A stretch of 64,000 nucleotides of DNA from Pavona decussata (lineage: Eukaryota): NCBI GenBank assembly GCA_977016875.1, contig CDRNST010000006.1, forward strand, positions 6,696,001-6,760,000, in the 5' to 3' direction. This document shows positions 11,931 to 24,248 of this stretch, in pieces. Made by a program: the position numbers and the translations under genes. The notes below the pieces were generated by a model. It saw nothing but the letters and a program-made list of their open reading frames with translations, had not been told where the DNA came from and did not search any database. Position 1 is the first letter of the stretch. Each line of letters opens with the position of its first letter.

Positions 11931-13435
11931 TCAGAGATGAGCTCCCAACCACCACTGGGTGGTGGATTGGCTTCCCTGTGTACAGCGGAACTTTGGGTTG
12001 ATGTGTGCATAGTGGCCAAAGTTGTCTTCCTCTCTCACTGAACCCGCCTTTGGCCTAAACTGACAGGTAGCGTATGTACTGTCAGTATGCAGAAAGTTGC
12101 TTTTAGCACCCTGCCAAAAAGGTACCGTTTGATGGATCCCGATGTGTCCGCGGATGTTGATGTATTCAACTTTTTTGCATTTGTTGCTGACAAGGTCATC
12201 CACGATGTTGAAGTCTTTGATGTTTCCACGCACGTAATCTCTGAAATCGACGCCGTAGGTCGGGTAGCTGCATGTTGCTCGCCAGTGAGTGGAGTGACTC
12301 TGTAGGGACTTCATTCGTGCCAAACTCAAGCGGTACAGATTCCAGTTCTGTGCGTTCTCGTTCACTGGAGAGTTGTACTTGAAAGGAATCCTCTGAAAAG
12401 CGGGCAGCTTACGATTTCGAGTACTCCATGAGGTGACTAGGGTCCAGGCAGTGCCAGGCTCGGACTTGAGATCACAGTAAGCCGGGTAACTGTTTCCGCC
12501 ATTATCGTAAAGTCTGTAGACTCCACATTTTGAGGCTCCTCTCAGCAGATAATCAAGGCAGGAGGTTGGACGGAAGAGTTTTCGCTGAATTTTAGTTGAT
12601 TTAGGACAATCGTCTCCCTAGGAAAAAAAGAGAGAGAGAGAAAAAAAAAAAAGAACAAAGAATTAAAATCGCTGACCTTTATGGCACGAAAAATATCGCA
12701 ATATTGTCCACGACTCCATTAATGTACAGATTAGTTCAGACATTGACATTGTGAGGAGCGAATTCAGGGATCAACGTGGTCGACCAGAACTTTTTGTTAC
12801 AATTTGCTCTGATTATATTTTTAGTTTCTTTTTCTACTAAAATATCTTAAAAAGCGAATGAAATTACAAAAATAGATTAACTTGTGAGCTTTCACTCGGC
12901 AAGAAAAACTCGAAACTTAGACATCAGTGTTTGAAGTATTTTACCTCGCATCCCAGTGTAAGAACTCGTTTGTGCCGTCTGTGCTTAGCAGCTGCTGCAA
13001 GTGCCTGATGAAGAAAGATTTGAAAATTAGGCAGTTGAATAGTGAGGATCATATTCTTGTTGTTAAATCAGACATGGATTTTGTCCATCGAATAACTGAA
13101 ATCCTGGGATTCCTGCGACTTTGTAGGTGGCGGGAGTAATTATAATATAATTGTAAGTTATATTTCTTGGTCATGCGGCGTTACTAAGCAAAACTATAGA
13201 CAAGAGTATTAAGCCCTAAAATAGGCTCAATAAAACGGTCATTTCCTTCCTTTCCGGGTTACGTAGCTCCATGCATCGCTTGCCGGTTTGAATTTCGTCC
13301 CTAACATTGTGAGTTTGGTGATAATTGTGCACATTTAACACTGGAAAGAACGTTAGAGGAATAGTGTTGTGTCGCAGACCAAACACTTACGAGAAAAGTG
13401 ATGCCAATAAAAGCCGCGATTATCTTAAATGCCAT
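11931..13435 (-). CDS. g1: secreted fibrinogen-related/intelectin-like protein, 263 aa; exons 13435-13391, 13004-12945, 12617-11931
   Basis: GT-AG phase-0 introns. MAFKIIAAFIGITFL/ALAAAAKHRRHKRVLTLGCE/GDDCPK...PTSCLDY...GVY...YCD...AWTLV...EDNFG...TTQWWLGAHL*. The SCxDY-GVY-YCD-WTL motif matches the start of fibrinogen-related domains. AATAAA on the minus strand near 11800. Confidence 0.9.
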
Positions 13436-16400
13436 CGTTAGATTTCCTCGAAACTCGCTAGTTTTGAATTTAGCTCCAAGAAAAAACAGGGTTTGGAAAC
13501 CGCTTCGTTGCTGACCGCGAGTATCTCCTCAACAAACGAGCAGTCTAGGCTGTGTGTTATATTACGTACCACCGAAATATCAGGTGAATAAATCAAAAAC
13601 ACGAAAACGTATTCCACTTAACATGTTTTGGGGACTAGACAAATGGAGCAAAAAAAATTCGGTTGTTGCTGTGACAACTTGATGTCAACCGGAGTTTGTC
13701 ATTTTCATTTTTCTAATGGTTCGTTTCTAGAGCCTGAGTGCACGGCAAGCAAGGTGTTAAGTCTGGGATCATTTATTTATCCACGAGACAATTTGAAACT
13801 GAATGCAGATTCTTTCGATAAAAAAGCATTATTATTCTTGTTGATTGTTGAAAAGTTTTTTGTTTTTAAATTTGAGGTTTTTGGTTAATGCGCTGTAAAA
13901 CTGATGCATTATTTTGAGTCGGAGCAAACAATAAATTTGAAACTTCAGTACTCCTTCGTCCTGCGAGAAAGAGATTGTTTTCCTTTTCTGCTTCGAAGCA
14001 GAAAGGAAACCTCTGGCTTGCAGGGTAGTTCCCATTACATAAGAAAAGAGATCCGCTGCTACCTGTCGTATGTCTATACTTACGATTCACCCGCTATAAT
14101 TTGTCAAAGTCAATTTGGTGGGTTCTTGTACAGCTAATCACTCTAAGGTTGTGAATGTTTACAGAATGAATTGTTTAGTTGTATATGTACACTGTACGTA
14201 ATATTCAATACATATTCTAGTTTTGGAAATTGTTAGTTAAATCTTTATATATCATACCTTACGATTCCATACCTCATTCAGATCAAGCCGTATTTTTGCA
14301 TTTTTCATGTTGAGTTCAGTCAGTGATTTGAGGAAACAGTGTTTGGATTGTTAACAGTAGTAATAGTAAATAGTAATAATCAGGGATTAGTAAAGTGCGT
14401 TTGATTTGTCTTTTCTCTGCTAAAAGTTTCTGCTAAAACCAGAAATTCGTTATTAAAAGTGGATTTCAGGGAGGAGGTTGTCGAGAATTACCATGTATCA
14501 AACTTTGTTCTGGTACAATGCAATAAACTCAGTGAATGTAGCAAAACTCAACACAGTGAGTCAGTGATATGAGGAATCAGTGTTCTGATTGCTTACATAA
14601 AACAATAACAATTTCTTACCTGGAAACTTTTTGGCAGTGAAATTAAGGAATAAAGTAAGTCTGCATGCTGGAATATTCAGAACTGCGCTTGTGTTAAGTT
14701 TTTCCGAATCAACAAGCCCACGAGACCCATTCGCATGGAAGATGAACATGTATTTAGGAATACGACGCAAATTATTTCGGTGCAACTCAATTTGTGGCCG
14801 GGATATTCAAACTCCGTAAACTAAAGAAATTTGGCCAAAAGCTTTGGCTGATCAAATTTAAGATCTCTAAGCTCTAAAAGAGTCACAACATCAACTTTTG
14901 TCTTTTCCTTATATTTCTCTAAATTGATGTAGCGTGGACTTTATAGACGAATCTCCGATGGAACCAAAAAACGCGAATGTCAGCTTCCAAACCTTTATTT
15001 CTCAGCTTTGATCAGTGAATCTTTTACCAAGTACCTTATAGGTATTCTGGGTTTTAACATCTTTCAAATCGTTTTTGCAGAAATTATTTTTCATCGGATT
15101 TATATACAAAGCCTGCATTTAGCGCCATATTTGCCATAATTCAAAATGGCGTACAGGCAAAAAAGATTTCCTCTTCCCCTCTTAGGTGCATTTGCAATGC
15201 GAAAAGATCGCTGACTAAACCACAAGCTTTTTTTAGGATTGGTAGGCAAGTCTGTAGCATTATGATACAAATGGATGACTGATGAAACGTTTGGTTGTTG
15301 AAGTCAATCGACTGTTTGCATGTTTTCGTAAGATACTGTTCCCGCCATTTAGTTTCAGTGTAAGCGATTCGCGAATCCATGCCTCATTTGTGTAATCAAA
15401 GCATCCCCATCTCGTAAAACTCAACCGAGTTACACCTTCAAACATGAAATATACATCTCAAGTACTTTTTTGTGACCGCAAAGATGAGAAATGGTTATAT
15501 GTACTAAACGATAAAGCGTGTCTTGTATGGTCAACACAATTAACATGGCGATTTTTAATTACCTCATTTTGATACGCCTCGCACTCATCATTCGCCTATT
15601 CAATTCTTAAACATTAATTTCTTGAAACTGAAAGCCGACGTCTTTCAGGTCATTTTTGTTGTCGTTGTTGTTGAACAACATAATTTAGGCACATATTGTA
15701 CGCAATAATATTGTACGAATTTGTAAGGCTAGGAAAGATTTGATTTTCCACGTTTTTCTGAGGGTCGAAATATTATTCATCTTGTCCTGAGAATTCTTTA
15801 AAGAGAATCACACCCATGAACTTCCGCATACCAAGCTACTGCGAGACTCGTGGTAAAGTGGGTCAGGGAGTCGGTTAGAGATTTTAGCAATTACATGGAA
15901 TGGCGACACAGTCAGCGATCGTCGGATGGCACACAGCTGTTCCATATGATCGATAGCTTATTTTTATTATAACCGCCAGAAAAACCAGGCTTAATGTTTT
16001 CGCTGCTTGTGTTCCAGACACTCAATGAAATTTTCAATTTACAAACACGCGTTTGAGGTTGCTCCTTCTAAGATGACTGAATTGGCATCACAAAACTGAT
16101 AAAGCAATCGAGAGTCAGTACAGCTTTGTCGAGCTTACATGCACCTGCCAAAATGAAATGAGAGATTGTAAGAAATCCGAACGAGGCTGGCGGAGTGAAG
16201 CAGTTGTTTTAGGATCACAAGTAAAATAGCGATTGAACTGTTTGGCAGCTGGAAAATGGCACTGGAATACAAAAACAAAAGAATTTGTAAAAACGTACAA
16301 CTAAGGGGAGAGACGCTGTACAATCCATTTCGTACCTGAATATCATGAACTATTTTCTTGATTCTGTTGGAAAGCCGATCACAATCATTATTATAAAAGT

Positions 16401-17322
16401 AAATATTTCCTCTCCAAATCAAATCAGTTGTTCTCTTGGCCGGTGTAAATCACCAAGGCAGCAGTTGGCCTTAGAGTCTTTTCGTGTCCCAGTATTTACA
16501 CGGAGCATTTTTTGCGGAAGTAAAATTGTGTCTTAATTTATGCACAAAATGATATTGGGCTTCCGTGCAAAAAGTTATGTCAGTAAACTCTGCAATGTAA
16601 GAAAAGATCATTTTTCGAGATCAAGCGACGAGAAGTTCAAGACAGGGTAACTTAATGTATTCCATGAAATGTCAAAACGTACTTTAAAACCGATTTTCTT
16701 TTGCACAGAAGTCTACATTCAGTATTTCAATTGCCTCAAGGAAGCTGCTTTATTTTAGTATTTATTCAACAGGCGACTGGGTCTGTTGCTTCTGTTTATT
16801 TTATTTCCGAGCAGAACATGTTTCAAAAGTAAACAATGACGCATTTGTCTGTCAACTGAAAAAATGAATTTCACGAAGTCACTTTCTTAAAATACACCTG
16901 ATTACCTTTTCAGTTTGCAGTGGATAAAGAAAGGATTAAAATTAAGCCTAAAATGCAGGAAAAAGCAAATTGCGGTTTCCTCAGAAGCCCCCAACTACGT
17001 TCCAGACGTTAAATACTTAAATGATTGTAAATGCTAAATACCTATGCTAATTTAGGTTTGTTGAAGAAGAGACAGTTGATGCCGTTTGAACAAGGTCTTC
17101 GTCTACACTTTCTTAATTTTTTGCGGATGGAAAAGAATTAACCGAATGAATGAGTACTATATAAGAATAACTTCTAAATTCTTTACACAATGTCACGTTT
17201 TACCGTCCATTCCGATTGCCTTTCAAATCGGTTCAGTTACAGATAAAATCTCTATTAAGCCCCCTCCCCTCCCCCCGCGGGCCTCCCCACCATAAATTCG
17301 GGCTCAAATGTAGGGAAACACA

Positions 17323-17409
17323 TAGCCTGCTAGCAAGCTCTCTATTTGGTGTCACCTGCTGAGACTTATTTCGCGTGAGACCCTTATTAGAGGGCTTGTG
17401 TGCAGGCTA
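17323..17409. mobile_element. Short MITE-like element with TAGCCTG...CAGGCTA ends (paralog at ~40193-40276)
   Basis: Imperfect terminal inverted repeats tagcctgctagcaagctctct / agagggcttgtgtgcaggcta; no clear TSD. Confidence 0.5.
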
Positions 17410-18777
17410 AACATCGCACATGATATTCAGTTTGAAATTTTAAGAAGACGAGGCTTCAGCGTGAGAAGTAAATAGAGACCATTAGATTCTAGTACGAGTT
17501 CGACCGACGAGATAAGACTTGAAGTTTTTAGCGAAGTAGTAACAACAGAGATATCCCAGGGAGCTTTCATTTTACTCTTTCTGAGCGATGAAGTAATATA
17601 AATTCCAAAAAGACGAGATCACTTACGTTCCGAGGAGACAAGGATTCGTTTTTGCCACCACGCCGTTCTGTCAAAAACTTGTAGTAAAATAACGACTCGT
17701 TTTCGCGTCAAAATGACACTGGTTCCGGCTCGATCGCGCTCTTTGTCCATTGGAAAAAAGTCGTAGGTCTCAAATGTTGTGCTCAGACGGTAAGTGACGC
17801 GACACCCGCATTGTTTAATAGACTGCTTATCAGTCTAGTCATTTCCTTCCAAGAAAGCGCGCGCGCGAGGCGAACGAAACCTTAGCTTTCGGAGAGAGGG
17901 ACCCCCAAAACAATACAAACATGCAGCACCGGGGAGGGTAAGGGTGGGCAAACGGTTGATACACATGTGCATACAGACTATTGTATTTTTGATACACGTG
18001 TTTAAAGTATTCAGAGTAGTATTTCAGTTGTCAATCATTTTAGAATAGCTTGTTTACTGACTCATGACTTGAAAGGATTCACCGTCTCTATTAAGCACAC
18101 ACACTTCTCTAATAAAACGCCGTTCTTGATAGGAGTTTTCACAATGTTTACATTTTAGTTGATAACAGGTACAATGGTACAGTTGGGAGGAACTTTGTAC
18201 AGTCACTGCCATGGAACGCAAATGAAAATACCTTTTACTTGCAGTGCATTCAATTGCCCCAGGCAACGGAATAGGGTATCTATCCGATAGTGTAATGGTA
18301 AATTCATGTCACTATGATTCACGTTAAAATTTTACGGCGCAATTTGCATGGTTAGCCCGGCTGAAGGAAGAGATGTCATTTTCTACGCATACTATTGTAG
18401 TTCTTAGACGCGAGCAGTCTAGAGTTACTTTGCTAGAATTAGTTTTTGTAAGACGCATTGTATTGGTAAGCGGCGAAGCGACGAGTTTTTTTGAAAGCTT
18501 GAACGACGAGGAACCAATCAGTATCTTTTGTATGTCAGAAACGAGAAGTCAATGGAATATTTTCTTTCTTTCTTCCTCTTCCCCGTCCTTCCTCGTTAAA
18601 TCGTTAATTTGTAGATGTTCGTTCTCGCAAAACAGTACTATTAATCGCAACCTAACGTAATTCGAAACTAGGCCTTTAACAAATTTTATGTCGTGGCTTT
18701 TATATTGAGGACATCAAACAATACCTATTAATAAATCACACGATTTTTGTATTCGAAAGTATTATGTTGTCCTTAGA

Positions 18778-20933
18778 TAGCCGCAATGATAGTCGCAGTC
18801 AACGGCATCTTAGAACGCGGAGAAGGCGGGAAAGGACGTGACCATGGCCACCGGGATAGTAGCAGCAGTGTTAGCAATTCTCTGTACCAGGCTAGCTCGG
18901 CCAGTACCCTGAGAGACACCGAGAGTATCAGCGAGGTAATTCCTGGTCCTAAGTTAAATATGAATCTTTTTAGTGGAGAGAAAGACGGAAGTTTTTTCTA
19001 ATGTTTGTTGTCTGACAAACTTGTTGGCCTGCACGGGTGGACCTATGGAGTTTTCTTGTTGGTTACTATCTTCTGTGTGGTAGTTTGCTGACATGTTTTT
19101 GTCAGATATCCTTACTTTAAAGTTGGATAAACTCAAGTTTTTTATTGGTTACTACTGTCAGAGGTATTCTCGCCCCAGTCCCTTTGGGTAGAAGGACGGA
19201 AAGTGAGGAGGTTGGCCGAGGAGCTGCTTTCATTTCTGGTGAGTTTATTACTTACTTCTCTGTGCCTCCGAGTGCTCGTACATCTTTAAGAGATTAGTTT
19301 CTAACGATAAACAAGAAATTCTAATGAATTATGATAAGAGATACCTATCAGGTCAAGGAAAGACTTTCATTACTTCGGTCGAATTATAAACACTTACACA
19401 CACTTAGTAAAAAAAACAATGTCAGTGAGAGGGAGCCAGGTGAAGTGAGGCCTCGAGATCCAATGGCTGTTCTGTTGAACTGCATTCAGAATTACAGGCC
19501 GTCAGCGGATAATAGCGCTAGTGAAGGACGGTTGTTAACAGAGCATCTGCGCATGCCTAATGGCGGTCAGCGAAAGACTGAATCAAAGGAACCTGGTGAA
19601 GTAGGTTAGTGATACTGTTAGCGCTAGTTTATTTATCAGAATTGCTTAAGAATCATCATCCAGGAAAATCTCTTAGTATTACATTGGATATTCAATGACG
19701 TTCACTGAATTTGGTTTTGAACAATTTCGAAGGTAACTGATTAGCCCTTTCATTCTTGGAGTCAACAAAGAAAAAAAAATAAAGAAACCGGTTGAGTCTG
19801 TAGTTGGACTACTCAACTAAAAGCTATTCAGTTGTACTTTTTATCTTGGTCGCTCTTTTGAGACGAACTCTTATTGTGTAATTCAAAGTACATAGTTTTT
19901 CTCCAGTCAGCTTTCCTGAAAGACGCCTGCCAAAAATACCAAACGTGGGCACAAAAATGTATTGTAATGCAACAAGACGGTGAAGGCGCGGTACAGTAGT
20001 GGTTTGCGCGCTGGACTTTTCGGATGTTCGGTAAAATATTGGAGGGTTGGTGATTCAACGATAAGTTGTTCTCTGCATTGTCGTGTTGTAACTTTACTCC
20101 ACATTGTCTGTCTTCACCCAGGTATATAAATGGGTACCGGTTACATAACCCTGCAATGGACTAGCATCCCATCCAGGATAATGAAGGGGAATACAAATAC
20201 TCCAAGTTACTTTATAGTAGAGCTAACCGGCTTAAAGTGTGACTTGAAACAAGTACACCAGGTTTTAATTTTTTACCTCTTTTGTTATTTGCAGTCCCAA
20301 GGAAACTCTCTCCCGGTGAAGTGGTAGTGTGGAAGCCGTCCGGTGAAGTTGTGAACCTTCCTCCTCCTTTACCTGGAAAAGGCACATTGGATGACGAACC
20401 TGTGGATGTGAAGAACACTAAAACCCCGGCGGAACTCGAAGTCTTTCCGAGGAAAGCCGACGGAGAGCCGAGTCACGACAAGCGTTTTCTTCATGCTTCG
20501 GATTTGTTGCCTGGAACGCTTGGCACAGATACTTCTTTTCCCACTGCACAACAACGACAACAGAAACAGCAACAGCCGCAACAACAACACGCTAAGCCCA
20601 GGGTAATTCATGTTGAAGAAAAGAACAGTCAGCTATCAGAGACAAGTTTACAAAACACTTATTCTGTAGAAGAGCGTAGACAGGGGCTTCTGCATTGGCT
20701 GATGATAACAGAGAGGAAGGAAAGAAAAATGTTTTCACGAGCGAACAAGATGGATGAGGCTTTAAGGGAGAAAGTAACGGGGCTGCTGAACTTGACAGCC
20801 TCAACAGCCAACTAAAATCCAAGTTATGCTACCGTCAGTTGATAACAGTGTTCATGAAGAAAACTCGGCACACGTTTCTGTTGATCAGGATACGTTTGGT
20901 GACGTATCTTCCATTTCTGGAGGCGATTTTTGA
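18778..20933 (+). pseudogene. Duplicated 3' exons of the unrelated plus-strand gene, copy 2 (degraded)
   Basis: Homologous to 1657-10464. The middle exon acceptor is removed by a deletion (~19419); the terminal exon from 20295 has a frameshift near 20683 and a further deletion near 20797. Confidence 0.7.
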
Positions 20934-21224
20934 GTGCAGTGGCAGCGGTGATAATTATTTATAATAAAAAAGATTGTTAGAAGCATCAAACTGTTTCAAA
21001 ATTGATTGCAGTCTTCAACTTGGTGTCGAAAGTAATTTAGTTTGTTTTGGTTTTGTTTCGCTACGATTTGTGATTGGCCAAAGAAACTCGGCCACCAATT
21101 CAAGCAGTTGTAAGGAAAACCAAACGTAAAGCTATCGTGGCTTGCTCGCGCGCGTTTTCCCGCGCGTGGCTTAAGTTACATATGCTGTTTGGGTCTGTTG
21201 TGATTGGCCAGAGTGCATCGCCGG

Positions 21225-21887
21225 TAGGCTTTTACACAAGTTGCTCGGCAACTTTTGAGCAACTTATGGTTTAGAGCATTTTTTCGGCAACTTTTTTCAA
21301 TCCGAGAAAATATATCCTTTCTTAGTGACCAAAATCTCTTTTTTATGCATTTCCTCTCTAACAAAACGATTAAATATCAATGTTAACTCGATAGTCAGTC
21401 TCTACTGAGTACAAGTGATTAGTGACTACTGCCATGAGTGAGTGCCATGTCATGTGTGTAGTGTGCTGTGTACATGCGTTAGTGTGATCGACGGAACTTT
21501 GGGTGACCTGTGGCTGTGTGTCTCTAGCGCGCTACATGGTCAGCGGTCTGAAGTCTGAACACGTTTTCAAAATGGCGGCTCGTGTTAGTTCAACTTCAAG
21601 CGAAGAAATGGCTTCCAGCTCGGAAGACTCTGCTAGTGAAGATCCGATCAAATATCATCTCTGTAGGTATAGAAATGTCGGTGAGTAGAAAGGAATATAT
21701 AAATAAAAAAATAATTGGTATAGATGTGCAAAGATTTACTTTCATCAGTAGTAGGAACTGATTTTTTGGAGTTGATAAAAAGCAACTTTAGAGTAACTTT
21801 TTCGTGAAATGAGCAACTTTTGGGAAACTTTTGAAAATTTTTGGGGCAACTTTTGAGACATATCCAAGCAACTTGTGTGAAAGCCTA
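21225..21887. mobile_element. Non-autonomous hAT-like DNA transposon (663 bp)
   Basis: TIRs taggcttttacacaagttgct / agcaacttgtgtgaaagccta; 8-bp TSD atcgccgg / accgccgg (1 mismatch); empty site 'catcgccggataac' at ~10770 and ~44846; subterminal GCAACTT repeats. Confidence 0.85.
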
Positions 21888-22716
21888 ACCGCCGGATAAC
21901 TTTGGTGTTGGTGCTGCGTTACATGGTTGAAAACCGCTGAACAGTGAGGACACCGCATTAGATTTAAACCCACACACGACTGTTCCTCTTTCCACAAACA
22001 TAAATTTTCATCTTATAACTGTCAAATATAAAGGCTATTTTAAACGTATGACTCAGTTTTAACGAGAGCGACAAAGGTGCAAGCAACCTGGTTGTAAATT
22101 GACCGATGCGTCGCTATATCGCCCGTTTAAACTGGTATGAAGCAAGCAAAACGGAAATGGTAGTGCCAACTTGTGTTACTTGCTTCGTAGGTGTAAACCT
22201 GACGAGCAACGTTGTCCCATAACGCATGCGTTGTTCCTGTTCTCCTTCAGTCCCTTAGAAAGTGGGGAAAGTGGGGAAGAAACCGGGAAGGGGGGGGGGG
22301 GGGGGATGAGGGGGTATAGTTCCCAAATATTAGGAGTGGGTGATCCAAAAGGAAACGGAAAGAATGTAAAATTCCTCAAAAATCTGAGTGTAAACCCCTC
22401 TGAAAATGACCCCATCTTTAAGAAAGGCCCCTAAATCTCTATTTTCATTTTACTTTTGTACGGATATAAATGTTTTCATTCGACACTCGCATTTTCCAAC
22501 CTATTATCTTTTGTTTGTTTTATCACTGTTTTTCGTTGCACTCAACATGATTAATTTCACACGCTTTGCGATGATTAGCAAAATCTTTATTAATGTATTA
22601 CTGTCAGACTACACAATTTCGTATTTTTATCATCTACGGATCACAGTTTGTTCTAAATCAAGTCCGAGGTGAAATGCTGCGACCACGTTTAACACGCTGT
22701 TACATCTGTGAACGCA

Positions 22717-24248
22717 TCAGAGATGAGCTCCCAGCCACCACTGGGTGGTGGATTGGCTTCCCTGTGTGCAGCGGAACTTTGGGTTGATGTACCTATAGTG
22801 GCCAAAGTTGTCTTCCCCACTCACTGAACCCGCCTTTGGCTTAAACTGACAGGTAGTGTATGTACTGTCAGTATGCAGTAAGTAGCCGTTAGCAATCTGC
22901 CAAAAAGGTACCGTTTGGTGGATCCCGATGTGTCCGCGGATGTTGATGTATTCAACTTTCTTGCATTTGTTGTTGTCAAGGTAATCGATGACGTTGAAGT
23001 CTTTGAAGCTTCCACGAACGTAATCTCTGAAATCGATGCCGTGGGTCGGGTAGCTGCATGTTGCTCGCCAGTGAGTGGAGTGACTCTGTAGGGACTTCAT
23101 TCGTGCCAAACTCAGGCGGTACAGATTCCAGTTCTGTGCGTTCTCGTTCACTGGAGAGTTGTACTTGAAAGGAAACTTGTCAAAAGCGGGAAGCTTACGA
23201 TTTCGAGTACTCCAGGACATGATTAGGGTCCAGGCAGTGCCAGGCTCGGACTTGAGATCACAGTAAGCCGGGTAACTGTTTCCACCATTGTCGTAAAGCC
23301 TGTAGACGCCACATTTTGAGGCTCCTCTCAGCAGATAATCAAGGCAGGAGGTTGGACGGAAGAGTTTTCGCACAGTTTTAGTTGATTTAGGACAATCGTC
23401 TCCCTAGAAAAAGAAAAAGCAACAAAGAATTAAAATAATCGACTTTAGTCTGGCACGAAGAAGATCGCAGCTTTCTCCACGACACCAGAAATGTACATAT
23501 TCTAAACCTTCGGCCGGGATTGCCGGTGAGGAGCGAAATATTCGCGATCGCGGCATTCAGGAATCAACCCAGTCGACCCGAACTTCTTATTGCTAAAAAT
23601 TCGGTTGTAATTGCTCTGATTTTCATCTTTTACGTTTTGAAGATCATTTGAACTCCCGATCACGACTTTTTCTTATAAAATTTCTTCAGCCCGTCAAAGT
23701 GAGTGAAATTGCATGATTTTTCAGCTATAAATAAACCCGGTATCAGACAGTGAAGTTTACCTCGCATCCCAGTGTAAGAACTCGTTTGTGCCGTCTGTGC
23801 TCAGCAACTGCTACAAGTGCCTAGAAGAAGATAAAAAAACGATTTTAATTTTGGGCAGTTCAATAGTGAAGATCATATTCTTGTAGTTAAACTCATTCAC
23901 GGGATTTTGTCCATCCTATAACTGAGATCCTGAGATTCCTGCGATTTTGTAGGTATGACTATGAAAACGGTAAACGGCGTGAGTAATTATAATTATTTCT
24001 TGATCATGCGGCGTTACTTCCTCAAATAGGCTCAATAAAACGGTCATTTCCTTCCTTTACGCCTTAGTTCCATGCATCGCTCGCCGGTTTGAATCTCGTG
24101 CTCAATTTCAAAATGTTGAACTCGGTGATAATTTGGCAGATATAAAACTAAAAGGGATCGTTCCATTAATAGTTTTGTGTGACAAACAAAATTAATCACT
24201 CACGAGAAAAGAGATGCCGATAAAAGCCGCGATTGCCTTAAATGTCAT
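22717..24248 (-). CDS. g2: secreted fibrinogen-related protein, 263 aa; exons 24248-24204, 23820-23761, 23403-22717
   Basis: MTFKAIAAFIGISFL/ALVAVAEHRRHKRVLTLGCE/GDDCPK...; same exon sizes (45/60/687 bp), intact splice sites and ORF. Confidence 0.9.

Noticed and set aside
11990-12230. Diversity-generating retroelement or RAG-like mechanism behind the hypervariable patches
   Set aside because: No template repeat, adenine-specific pattern, dedicated RT or recombination signal sequences were seen; nearby RTs belong to ordinary transposons. Paralog exchange plus selection is sufficient.
11931-12365. 144-218 aa single-exon ORF calls for the array genes
   Set aside because: Their starts are internal or non-ATG codons; a conserved splice acceptor and two upstream exons give a complete secreted protein.
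12945-13052. Alternative start MILTIQLPNFQIFLHQ reading directly into exon 2 of g1
   Set aside because: The frame is not conserved (broken in g2, for example); this stretch is the polypyrimidine tract and acceptor of intron 1.
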